Origin: Bacillota bacterium | Lineage (GTDB): Bacteria > Bacillota > Limnochordia > DTU087 | Assembly: GCA_012518315.1 (NCBI GenBank) | Contig: JAAYSL010000076.1 | Coordinates: 1 to 61,130, forward strand | Length of the DNA stretch: 61,130 nt | Direction of reading: 5' to 3' | Shown: piece by piece, positions 19,208 to 28,206 of the stretch | Position numbering within the stretch: position 1 is the first letter of the stretch | Layout of the letters: each line of letters begins with the position of its first letter | Notes under the pieces: generated by a model | What the model saw: only the letters and a program-made list of their open reading frames with translations | Database searches by the model: none | What the model was told of the DNA's origin: nothing | Made by a program: the position numbers and the translations under genes

Positions 19208-19310
19208 ATGAAACACCATCGGCAATCAGCATCCGGCGAAGGATATTGGCACCGGATCCGGTCTTGACTTAGTTGCCAGGCCTAGAGTACAGTTAGATGG
19301 GGGGCCTGCC

Positions 19311-20660
19311 TTGTTTCCCGACTCTTTTCTATTGCTATCTGCCATTGCTTTCTTGATTGGACTCGCTAACTCTTGCGCACTTGGTGAGAGACTTTGTCGC
19401 GCAGATCATGATGTAGATGCCCAGGTACTGGATATTCTCGTTGCACTGATTCCCGTTCTAGCGGCCAAGCTCACTGTTGGTAGTGGCATGAGTATAGTCC
19501 TTACTGGTTGGGCCAGCCTCATGGGTTTTCACCTGGCTCATTGGAGCACGCCCCGATACAGCTTACAGCGCTATGTTCCAGCCCTGGTTACCTTAGCCTT
19601 TCTTTCGCCATTAACCCTAGGGATTATGCTGGGTATGTGGCTCTTGCTGCAGAGGTTAGGGATGCCGTATTCTCTCAATACACTGTTCATGGCCTTACTC
19701 TCATTGCCTGTCATATGGCTGCTTCACCGACGGGATCTATATGTGCTCTTCGCCTTGGCCTGGCTCATACTCATTCTCTACAACGAAATCCCACACCTAC
19801 GATGGAAAAGGGTATCACCTACTTCGGCCGAGCATCTAGCTTCAGAGATGGAGCAGCTGCCCAGAAAGGTAGTGATCCTTCGCCGAGCTATGAGTATCGG
19901 CTTGCTCTTGCTTCTAGCAACCTTTATCTTCTTCAATCGCTATGTCTACCGTGGTTTTGGTTTGCAGCAAGAGCTATTTCGGGTGGGAAACCGGGATCTG
20001 CCCTTCATCGCGCTAACCTTTGATGATGGACCTGACCCTTTATATACGCCTAGAATCCTGGACATTCTAAAGGAGAAAGAAGTCCCTGCTACATTTTTCC
20101 TAATTGGTCGGCATGCCCGGCAGTATCCAGACATTGTACGGCGAATGGCTGAAGAGGGCCATGATATCGGCAACCACACCCATAGTCATCGGAACCTTTA
20201 TGGTCTAGATGAGCCGAACACTTGGAGTGAGATTGCCCAGGCAGATGAGATTATCTCCGATATCATTGATAGCAAGATCTATCTATTTAGGCCCCCAAGG
20301 GGGATGTACACTCAGGCTACTATCAAATTTGCTCACGAGCTGCAGTACACAACCGTCCTTTGGTCTATCTCATCCCGAGATTGGGCAGAGATCAGTACGG
20401 GCAATGTGGCGAGGAATATCCTGCGGAACACCAAAGGTGGTGACATCCTCCTCTTCCACGATAGTGGGAGTATCATCGGGACATCCGGGGGATATAGATA
20501 TAACACCGTCAACGCCCTCCCCTCGATTATTGATGGCTTGCGAGCTCAGGGATTCCATTTTGTAACGGTCAGTCAATTGATGATGATCGCGGGGCTAACG
20601 GAGGGTGATAATGAGCTACTACCAGACATCTTGGAAAATCCGCCCTTCACAAGCGAATGA
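19311..20660 (+). CDS. Polytopic membrane domain fused to a NodB-type polysaccharide deacetylase
   Basis: The C-terminal half has the NodB motifs TFDDGP, HTHSH and LFRPP. The N-terminal ~190 aa contains 5-6 TM helices. Confidence 0.8.
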   Translation: MFPDSFLLLSAIAFLIGLANSCALGERLCRADHDVDAQVLDILVALIPVLAAKLTVGSGMSIVLTGWASLMGFHLAHWSTPRYSLQRYVPALVTLAFLSPLTLGIMLGMWLLLQRLGMPYSLNTLFMALLSLPVIWLLHRRDLYVLFALAWLILILYNEIPHLRWKRVSPTSAEHLASEMEQLPRKVVILRRAMSIGLLLLLATFIFFNRYVYRGFGLQQELFRVGNRDLPFIALTFDDGPDPLYTPRILDILKEKEVPATFFLIGRHARQYPDIVRRMAEEGHDIGNHTHSHRNLYGLDEPNTWSEIAQADEIISDIIDSKIYLFRPPRGMYTQATIKFAHELQYTTVLWSISSRDWAEISTGNVARNILRNTKGGDILLFHDSGSIIGTSGGYRYNTVNALPSIIDGLRAQGFHFVTVSQLMMIAGLTEGDNELLPDILENPPFTSE

Positions 20661-21279
20661 TCTGACGAGAGTGTCCCAGATTTTCTTGCAAGGGTTCGCC
20701 GAAAGTGTCCTCCATTATGTGGGAGGAAGCTCTGCCGGAATCCAGGAGGCCCTCCAAGATATCTTCACCGTCCTTTCCCAGCACCAACCCCAAGGTTTCC
20801 TGGTGGCTGATGCAAAAGGGACTATTGGTGGCTATGTAATCGCTATTCCTAATATGCAAAGACTATGGTGGTATGTGCTTAGCCAAGGGCATTTATGGCA
20901 ATGGACCAAGCGCTGGTTACAAGGGGATTATGGAGTTGGTTTGGTTCAAGTGTTGGCCCTTATCCGGAACAAACTGGGCTTTGCCTTATCCCAATTCCGT
21001 CTAGGTAAGAAAGCCCCCAAAATAAAAGGGCATACTGCTCAGATACTCTCCATCGCAGTAGACCCTTCTTACCGTGGACAAGGTATTGGTCATGCTCTCT
21101 TAGGTGAGGCCATATCATATCTAGCCACTACCGAGGCAACCTTTGTCAAGCTAGAGGTAAGACCTAGTAATACAGCAGCTAGAAAACTCTATGGAAGCTT
21201 CGGTTTTCAGGCAATCTCCACCAGCGAAGACTCCCAAGGACAATGGATTGTCATGGTCAAGACCTTACACTCAAAGTGA
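20611..21279 (+). CDS. GNAT-family N-acetyltransferase
   Basis: The acetyl-CoA motif YRGQGIGHALL is present. ATG 20611 follows GGAGGGTGA. It overlaps the deacetylase 3' end by 50 nt. Confidence 0.75.
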   Translation: MSYYQTSWKIRPSQANDLTRVSQIFLQGFAESVLHYVGGSSAGIQEALQDIFTVLSQHQPQGFLVADAKGTIGGYVIAIPNMQRLWWYVLSQGHLWQWTKRWLQGDYGVGLVQVLALIRNKLGFALSQFRLGKKAPKIKGHTAQILSIAVDPSYRGQGIGHALLGEAISYLATTEATFVKLEVRPSNTAARKLYGSFGFQAISTSEDSQGQWIVMVKTLHSK

Positions 21280-21296
21280 ATCATCACATCCCCTCC

Positions 21297-22328
21297 TTAG
21301 GCCAAGCGAGTTGCCAGCCTAATGGCCTCGACCATACTCTGGCAGTCCGCGATGCCCTGATTAGCGATATCGAAGGCTGTGCCGTGATCGACAGAGGTGC
21401 GTATAATGGGTAAACCTAATGTGACATTGACCCCAGTCTCGAAACCCAGAAGTTTGGCGGGTATATGTCCCTGATCATGATACATAGCAATGACAAAATC
21501 GTATACGCCCCGGTGAGCTTTAAGAAACACCGTATCTGGAGGTAAGGGGCCAACCACGTTAATTCCTTCCGCTTGTGCTTGGCAAATAGCCGGTGTGATA
21601 GCTTCTTCCTCCTCATTGCCGAAAAGGCCACCCTCACCACTGTGGGGATTAAGCCCAGCCACCGCCAATGGTTTATCGGCTTGGTTTAGCTTTAGGGCCA
21701 CAGCATTGGTTAAGCGCAAAACCTCCAAAACTCGCTCTCGAGTCACCAGTTGGCATGCATCCCTCATTGATACGTGAGTTGTTACATGGGAAATGCCAAG
21801 GTGCCCGAGATAGAGCAACATAGCTACTCTTTGAGCTTTGGTCAATGCCTGCAGCAACTCAGTATGCCCCGCATAGGCGTGGCCTGCTAAATTCATAGCC
21901 GCCTTATTTATCGGTGCGGTTACTATCCCCGCCAAGAGTCCCGACATGGCTAGATGAGTTGCTGTCTTGATATACTCGACAGCGGCTTTTCCCGCCTGGG
22001 GCTGAACCTCACCTACACGGATGTCATCTGGATGAAGGGTAGCAAGGTCAATGAGGTTGATCTGCCGCTTGTCACAGGCAGAGCTCGTCGTCCATCCCTG
22101 AGACATAAGGGAAGATGCGCTGATAGAGTTAAGCTCTACTTCCAAGCCTAGCTTCTGGGAAACTCTTTCCAATACACTGCCATCACCAATGACCACCGGA
22201 TAGCAGATCTCCTGCACTTCAGGCTCCATAAGGGCTTTGAGCACTACTTCAGGTCCAATCCCCGCCGGGTCACCCATGGTGATACCCAACACGGGGACGG
22301 TGTGGTTTCTTTCTGACACATTTGCCAC
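21297..22328 (-). CDS. PdxA-family NAD-dependent hydroxy-acid-phosphate dehydrogenase
   Basis: ITMGDPAGIGPE, GHTE and AMYHDQGHIP are PdxA-family signatures. The genomic context argues for a sugar-acid role rather than PLP synthesis. Confidence 0.8.
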   Translation of the reverse strand: MANVSERNHTVPVLGITMGDPAGIGPEVVLKALMEPEVQEICYPVVIGDGSVLERVSQKLGLEVELNSISASSLMSQGWTTSSACDKRQINLIDLATLHPDDIRVGEVQPQAGKAAVEYIKTATHLAMSGLLAGIVTAPINKAAMNLAGHAYAGHTELLQALTKAQRVAMLLYLGHLGISHVTTHVSMRDACQLVTRERVLEVLRLTNAVALKLNQADKPLAVAGLNPHSGEGGLFGNEEEEAITPAICQAQAEGINVVGPLPPDTVFLKAHRGVYDFVIAMYHDQGHIPAKLLGFETGVNVTLGLPIIRTSVDHGTAFDIANQGIADCQSMVEAIRLATRLA

Positions 22329-22353
22329 TCCTTATCCATTCCATGGGATTTGG

Positions 22354-23640
22354 TTAATAGAATAGACTCTTGAGATTGCCCTCTTCATCGAACTCCCACG
22401 GAATAGTCTCACCAACCTCCCAGCCAAGCTCTCGTACATCCGCTAGGGCTGCCTTGGACACCAGCATATCTTCTAGATAAGCGGTGCTCTTTATCCTGAT
22501 TAGGCGACATGTATCTACCTTTGCATACGAAGTACGTATTGAAGCAGCTATAGCCTCTGCATCATTTTTGAAATAGACAGGTATCTTGCCCCTTAGCAGA
22601 AACGTGCTAGTCACAGTATTGGTATGGGTTGAAGGATAGTCTATTTTGGAGACGACCCGCTGGGTCGTAATGTCTGCCAAACCAATACCAGCGGCATTGC
22701 CATGGGTCTTCTCTGTTAGGTCCAATACAGCAATCCGGGTAATCTTGGGTCTTTCGGGCTCTTCCATATTAAGAAGATACATCCGACCGATGATGTTGGT
22801 ATCCATACCGGCTCCACTAACATCCTTGCCCAGTTCATCTACAATGAGTACATCCAATGCCGGCGTGGGTAGATATGGCATTAGCTCTCTGGCCTTTTCC
22901 AACAATCCGGGTTCCTCCGCCATGATCTCCTCGTTTTGAAGACCCCTGATGATGGCTAGCTCCTTGTAGGCATTTTCCACCAAAGCTATACCCCCGATAA
23001 TCGGTGCTTTAGCCAGGATGACCTCTGCCACTTCCGGTATCTTGTCCCTAAGGCCCATACTACCATAGTTGTGGATTTCGATGGCTTGGGCTTGCTTCCC
23101 TAGACCAATCACTGACATTTTGACTAAACCGCTTTCCCACCGTCCATGAAAATCAGTATGGGGTTTTACTCGGTTGACCAGAAGCACTCCATCAGCTTCC
23201 ATGGCTACTTTGGCCGCATAGATAGGAACACCACTCTTGGATGTGCCAAGGCTAACCGTATCCATTTCCGGGCAGACAGGAACCCCCATAGAGTCTTTGG
23301 TGATTCCAAAGGATGCCAAGACATCAGCCTGTCCTTCAGCGGTGGCATTGCCGTGGCTACCCATAGCAGGGAATATGAATGGCTGTAAGCCCATGGATTT
23401 AGCCTTTTCCACTAAAGCTTTGGCGACTATGGCCATATCAGTGATTCCCCGGCTGCCAATAGCTATACCTAGACTTTGCCCCGGACGCATAGTCTGCAGT
23501 AATCTCTCGCTCTCCTTGACTGCAGTTTCCCCAACTTCGTCAACTCGGGGCCTAGGGAACTTTGCCCTAACTTGATACATGACTGGTAAATGTGGCGTCA
23601 CAGTGACCTCCACCCCTTTCGCTAAAAGTACGTTTCGCAA
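22354..23640 (-). CDS. LarA-N-terminal-like (DUF2088, lactate-racemase-domain) protein
   Basis: IGSRGI, PAMGSHGNATAEGQ and NRVKPHTDFHGRWESGLVKM resemble the family annotated as lactate racemase domain-containing. A GTG at 23601, 5 nt after GGAGG, is a likelier start. Confidence 0.55.
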   Translation of the reverse strand: MRNVLLAKGVEVTVTPHLPVMYQVRAKFPRPRVDEVGETAVKESERLLQTMRPGQSLGIAIGSRGITDMAIVAKALVEKAKSMGLQPFIFPAMGSHGNATAEGQADVLASFGITKDSMGVPVCPEMDTVSLGTSKSGVPIYAAKVAMEADGVLLVNRVKPHTDFHGRWESGLVKMSVIGLGKQAQAIEIHNYGSMGLRDKIPEVAEVILAKAPIIGGIALVENAYKELAIIRGLQNEEIMAEEPGLLEKARELMPYLPTPALDVLIVDELGKDVSGAGMDTNIIGRMYLLNMEEPERPKITRIAVLDLTEKTHGNAAGIGLADITTQRVVSKIDYPSTHTNTVTSTFLLRGKIPVYFKNDAEAIAASIRTSYAKVDTCRLIRIKSTAYLEDMLVSKAALADVRELGWEVGETIPWEFDEEGNLKSLFY

Positions 23641-23832
23641 GCCTATGTAGGCTTGAACCTATTGCAGAAGCGATCTCATAAGCTTAAGTTAGCGGTCGGT
23701 CTGTGTCATTCCTTTGCGTTAGATTAATTTCCCATAGCATGCAACCCATCCCACTTGTGAGGATTGCCTTCTCCCTGGCACCTGCTAACGGCAGGGCGGA
23801 CAGAGTTCCACTCCATTGGGAAATTCCGAGGC

Positions 23833-23869
23833 ATAAAAAGAACCGGCAATTCCCTGAAGGAACAACCGA
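23833..23869 (-). terminator. Putative rho-independent terminator after the URO-D-like gene
   Basis: The minus strand reads CGGTTGTTCC-ttcag-GGAATTGCCG (imperfect stem) followed by GTTCTTTTTAT. Confidence 0.5.
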
Positions 23870-23908
23870 CTCTAATCTTGGGAGGTTTGCTTCCCTATAT
23901 GCCTATAG

Positions 23909-24919
23909 TTATGAGGATCCTTTCGCCAACATTTCAAGCATAAGTGCCACATTCTCAGGTTTCGCATCCCCGGGGATAGCATGGGCAGGTGCTGCGATAT
24001 AACCACCGGCTGTCGCCATCTCCTGCAGCTTGAAGAGCTCCTCTCTCACCTCATCCATTGTACCAAAAGGCAAAAGCCTCTGGGTACTGATTCCCCCCCA
24101 GAAGGCCAGTCGGCCTTGATATTCATTCTTCAGTGAATAGATATCCATAACTTCTGGTTGAAAAGGATTGAAACAATCGACACCAATCTCCACTAGGTGG
24201 GTGAAAAGGTCGGCCACTGCCCCACAAGAGTGGATGAATACCTTCTTGCCATGCTCTTTCACCCGTTGGTACTGCTTAGCCAGTCGGGGTTTGAGTAGCT
24301 CACACCAGCGCTGCTCCCCCATAACCACACCCCGCTGAGTACCGAAATCATCGCCAAAGTAGACAGCATCCACATCCGGAAACCGGGAAAGTCCTGCATC
24401 TACAACTCCCAAGTTGAACTCTAAGATCCGATCCAGCAAGGCTTCAACAAAGGTCTGGTTAGCAACCATATCAATTAATAGACTCTCCAGACCCACTAGG
24501 GACCAGGCTCGCTCATAGAGGCTGAGATCTAGACCCATGATCTGGAATTTGTCTGGATATCTAGCGAGATTCGCTTCCAGCACCGAAAATCTGTCAGCTG
24601 ACCTCGGGTTTGGCCAAGCAAAATTATCCAATGTATCTGGAGTCAAGCACGGCCTAGGGATACCTATATCTGGATCCCGAGTCCGATCCCACTTAACCCC
24701 GAATTCATCAGTATAGATGCCAGCTGCATCCCGAACACCGAACTCGACCTTAATCACAGGAGACATTACCATATCACCTATGGGCTCACTGCCAAAAGAC
24801 TCGTCTTGGTAGTAAGCTACCATACTAGCCCGAGCCTCTTCAGTAAGTCCAATACTATACGGTGTCCGTGGCACTGGTTTGTGTTCTAAGGCACTAAGCA
24901 CTAACTCTTTACCGGTCAT
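23909..24919 (-). CDS. Uroporphyrinogen-decarboxylase (URO-D/MtaA-like) family protein
   Basis: The full length resembles URO-D family proteins (FGDDFG, IHSCG, PFQPE). ATG 24919 lies 7-8 nt after GGGGGTGA. It is the last gene of sugar ABC operon 1. Confidence 0.65.
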   Translation of the reverse strand: MTGKELVLSALEHKPVPRTPYSIGLTEEARASMVAYYQDESFGSEPIGDMVMSPVIKVEFGVRDAAGIYTDEFGVKWDRTRDPDIGIPRPCLTPDTLDNFAWPNPRSADRFSVLEANLARYPDKFQIMGLDLSLYERAWSLVGLESLLIDMVANQTFVEALLDRILEFNLGVVDAGLSRFPDVDAVYFGDDFGTQRGVVMGEQRWCELLKPRLAKQYQRVKEHGKKVFIHSCGAVADLFTHLVEIGVDCFNPFQPEVMDIYSLKNEYQGRLAFWGGISTQRLLPFGTMDEVREELFKLQEMATAGGYIAAPAHAIPGDAKPENVALMLEMLAKGSS

Positions 24920-24978
24920 CTGCAAGTCACCCCCGCATATGATTTCTGGGCAACTTTCAAAAACCCTACAGATAACCT

Positions 24979-25824
24979 CTATCCCTTCAGTCCAGTAGTA
25001 CTAATTCCCTCCACGATATGGTCTTGGAAGAGAACAAAGATGACAAACACCGGAACCAGGGACAACACAGACATGGCGAACATGCCACCCCAGTTGGTAA
25101 CCGCCGCGGGATCCGCAAAGAGCTTCAAGGCCAAAGACACGGGGTATAGCCTAGTTGACTGTAGGTAGATCAAGGGGCCCAGGAAATCTTCCCATTTCCA
25201 GTAGAAAGCGAAAATCGCCGCAGTTACCAAAGGAGGTTTCAGATTAGGCAAAATGATTCTCAGAAAGATGCCATAGCGCCCGCAACCATCAATCTTGGCT
25301 GACTCGTCTAGCTCCAGGGGGATGCCTCGAATGAACTGCATCAATAGAAAAACAAAGAAAGGAGTCCCGAAAAATGCAGGTATGATCAGCGGCTTATGTG
25401 TATTAACCCAACCCAGTTTATTGAACATTACGTATTGGGGAATCATCAATACCTGTCCTGGCAAGAGCATGGTCAAAATCATGCAAGTAAACCAGAAATT
25501 CCTGCCGACAAACCTAATACGGGAAAACCCATAAGCAACTAGAGCTGAGGATATCACTTGGCCAAGTGTAGAGAGTATAGTGATATAAAAGGAGTTGCGA
25601 AAGAATACTCCGAAAGTGTGCCGTCCAAATCCCCGCCACCCAATGGCGTAATTCTCGACATGAAGGCTCTTAGGAATCAGAGAGTGTGCCGACTGAAAGA
25701 TCTCTGGTTGGGTTTTAAAGGAGCTAGCTACTAGCCACAGAACTGGGTAAATGACTATGAAGGCCAACACCAAAACAAATCCGTGATAGAGGGTGCTGCT
25801 TAGCCATCTTCTGTATTGATACAT
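24979..25824 (-). CDS. Carbohydrate ABC transporter permease (CUT1, MalG-like)
   Basis: Six TM helices and the EAA loop ESAKIDGCGRYGIFLRIILP. Confidence 0.85.
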   Translation of the reverse strand: MYQYRRWLSSTLYHGFVLVLAFIVIYPVLWLVASSFKTQPEIFQSAHSLIPKSLHVENYAIGWRGFGRHTFGVFFRNSFYITILSTLGQVISSALVAYGFSRIRFVGRNFWFTCMILTMLLPGQVLMIPQYVMFNKLGWVNTHKPLIIPAFFGTPFFVFLLMQFIRGIPLELDESAKIDGCGRYGIFLRIILPNLKPPLVTAAIFAFYWKWEDFLGPLIYLQSTRLYPVSLALKLFADPAAVTNWGGMFAMSVLSLVPVFVIFVLFQDHIVEGISTTGLKG

Positions 25825-25827
25825 AAC

Positions 25828-26730
25828 CTAGTCCCCCTTTGCTTCGTAAAAGACCCAGTAGGAAGACGACCTAAAGATCAATGCTGTGATGGCAGCAATA
25901 ATCACCAATAGTATCCAAGCTAATGCACTGGCATAGCCCATGCTATAATCGGCAAAGCCCTTCCTGAATAGATAAAGGATATACAGTAGCGTACGGTTGA
26001 AGGGCCCACCATTGGTGATAATCATGGCTTGAGTGAACATCATGAAACCACTGATGGTTTGCATAACAAAGTTGAAAAAGATTATCGGGCTCAATAACGG
26101 TAGGGTGATCCGAATGAACTTCTGCCAGGCATTGCAGCCATCGATTACCGCGGCTTCATATAAGCTAACAGGTATCTGTTTTAGTCCTGCTAGAAAGATT
26201 AGCATTGGTGAGCCGAATTGCCAAACAGCCAACACTATCAGTGTCCATAGGGCAGTCCGGGGATCTGTCAACCACCCGACATTCTTCTCGATAATCCCAA
26301 GAGACACGAGCACCGAGTTTAGAGCACCATTTACCCCAAATAGCTGTCTCCACATCACCGCCACCGCCACACTCCCACCGATCACAGACGGGATATAGAA
26401 GACCGTACGATATACCCCCACCAGCATCCGATCCTGAACAAACAGCAGTGCCAGAAAGAGGGCAAAAACCAAGCGAAGTGGCACCGAGAGCAGTGCATAA
26501 GTAAGTGTTACCTTGAGAGCCTGACGAAACAGTCGATCCTGGAAAAGGATCTCACGGTAGTTATCTAGACCAACCCATGTCGCTGGCGAAAGCATGTCAT
26601 ACTGCGTAAAGGATAGGTATAGTGAAATAAGCATGGGAACAACCGTGAATGCGAAAAACCCGATTAACCAGGGCGAAATGAAAACATATCCAGCAACGTC
26701 ATCTGAATCCCATATCCTCTTTGACGCCAA
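25828..26730 (-). CDS. Carbohydrate ABC transporter permease (CUT1, MalF-like)
   Basis: EAA loop EAAVIDGCNAWQKFIRITLP and six TM helices. Confidence 0.85.
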   Translation of the reverse strand: MASKRIWDSDDVAGYVFISPWLIGFFAFTVVPMLISLYLSFTQYDMLSPATWVGLDNYREILFQDRLFRQALKVTLTYALLSVPLRLVFALFLALLFVQDRMLVGVYRTVFYIPSVIGGSVAVAVMWRQLFGVNGALNSVLVSLGIIEKNVGWLTDPRTALWTLIVLAVWQFGSPMLIFLAGLKQIPVSLYEAAVIDGCNAWQKFIRITLPLLSPIIFFNFVMQTISGFMMFTQAMIITNGGPFNRTLLYILYLFRKGFADYSMGYASALAWILLVIIAAITALIFRSSSYWVFYEAKGD

Positions 26731-26761
26731 AGTTCATACCCCCAATCACCATACACCTTCG

Positions 26762-26789
26762 TTTCCCCGCGCTAAGTAGCGCGGGGAAA
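26762..26789 (-). other. Perfect 11-bp stem-loop immediately 3' of the binding-protein gene
   Basis: TTTCCCCGCGC pairs with GCGCGGGGAAA around a 6-nt loop, with no U-tract. It sits between the binding-protein gene and the first permease gene. Confidence 0.6.
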
Positions 26790-26814
26790 CTACAGCCATA
26801 CCTCAGATTGTCGA

Positions 26815-28086
26815 TTACTGTCTTTCCAGAATCCTGTTAGCTTCTTGTCTAAACTCCTTGGCCGCTTCCGTTGGTGTTAGGACACCGAAGAGCATCTGTT
26901 CATGTAGGTCATCGAGAAGCCGGTTGACCTCGGGATGGCCTGCTGGCTCGGGAGGCTCAATGGGGCTGGCGTGATTCGCCACCAAAGCCACATAATCGAA
27001 TGTCTGTTTCTGTACTTCATTGAGCAAAGGCTCTAATGCCTCTCGCACCTTTGACGAAATGGGAACGCCTCTTTCAGCCATAAGGATCTGATTGGCCTCA
27101 ACATCATTTGTGATGAAGTCTATGAACTTGACCGCCGCCTCCTTATGCTCAGACGATTTGGCAACGGAAAAGAACTGGGAAGGCTTTATATAATGTCCCT
27201 CCTTAACCTGGTCTTTGTGCTTGGGCATCATTCTCATGGCCAGCGGCCGATCAGCTACAGCTGACATGGCTACAATCTGATTGCTGTGCATCCAAGCAGT
27301 GGCGGCATGCCCGGTGACCAATAGTTCATTTTCAGGGCTAGTTACCTCTTTACGTTCAGCCATACCCGGTAACACGCCTTCTTGGGCTAGCTGGACGTCC
27401 ATATTGAAGAATTCGGCAAATAACTCGTCGTCGTCATAGCCTAGGCCTTTGCCATCCTTGGCGTAAATGGAGTAACCATGTTGTCGAAGGTAGTGCTGCA
27501 GACCATGGAATGCTCCTCCGGGAATGCCTCCATCAGCGTAAATTCCCAAAGCAGTATGCAATGCTCGGGCAGTTGCCATATACTCATCCCAGGTCCATTC
27601 TGGCACAGGCTCTGGTATGTCGGCCTTAGCGTACAACTCCGGATCGTATACGCCAACTAAGGAGTTGCTGCCTAGATTGACTGCATAGAGTTCGCCACCA
27701 ATCCTGCCCCCGACGATGAAGCTCTCATCCACATTGGATAGATCTAGCACCCCATTTTCCACATACGGGTTCAAATCCAACATCAGATCCCTCGACGCGT
27801 AGAGATCTATATACTGCATGTCCTGCTGGAACACATCCGGAAGGTTCCCACCGGCGGCCTGGGCGGCAATTCTTTCCCAGTATCCATTCCAACTGCTAAA
27901 CTCAGCCTCGACTCTAATATCCGGGTATTTCTTCTCGAATAGTTCAATTGCCCCTAATGTGCGATTATGGCGATCTTGTGAACCCCACCAGGCCACCCGC
28001 AGTTCGATAGTCTCCGCTGTACAGACCATGCTCCAAGAGCTCACGAGTAGCACCACAACCAACGTAACCCACAAAGCTCGCTTCAT
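26815..28086 (-). CDS. Extracellular sugar-binding protein of ABC operon 1
   Basis: Signal peptide with a Cys at residue 22. The rest has the character of a family-1 solute-binding protein. ATG follows GGGAGGTAAG. Confidence 0.8.
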   Translation of the reverse strand: MKRALWVTLVVVLLVSSWSMVCTAETIELRVAWWGSQDRHNRTLGAIELFEKKYPDIRVEAEFSSWNGYWERIAAQAAGGNLPDVFQQDMQYIDLYASRDLMLDLNPYVENGVLDLSNVDESFIVGGRIGGELYAVNLGSNSLVGVYDPELYAKADIPEPVPEWTWDEYMATARALHTALGIYADGGIPGGAFHGLQHYLRQHGYSIYAKDGKGLGYDDDELFAEFFNMDVQLAQEGVLPGMAERKEVTSPENELLVTGHAATAWMHSNQIVAMSAVADRPLAMRMMPKHKDQVKEGHYIKPSQFFSVAKSSEHKEAAVKFIDFITNDVEANQILMAERGVPISSKVREALEPLLNEVQKQTFDYVALVANHASPIEPPEPAGHPEVNRLLDDLHEQMLFGVLTPTEAAKEFRQEANRILERQ

Positions 28087-28206
28087 AGACTTACCTCCCT
28101 ATGCTCACTGTTAGCTTGCCAAAAAAAGTCCCTGGGCTGAAGCTGCCACTCACCCCCCGTAAACCATATTTGACCCCATAAACCCGAATATTGGCACTAA
28201 AAGCAT

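Noticed and set aside
19508-20023. 171-aa alternative-frame ORF inside the deacetylase gene (same strand)
   Set aside because: The annotated frame contains coherent TM helices and continues into the NodB motifs. The alternative frame is Ala/Ser/Pro/Arg-rich with no recognisable features.
23703-24002. 99-aa plus-strand ORF in the spacer, overlapping the URO-D 3' end
   Set aside because: It has no Shine-Dalgarno, runs antisense into a supported gene, and its composition is not protein-like.
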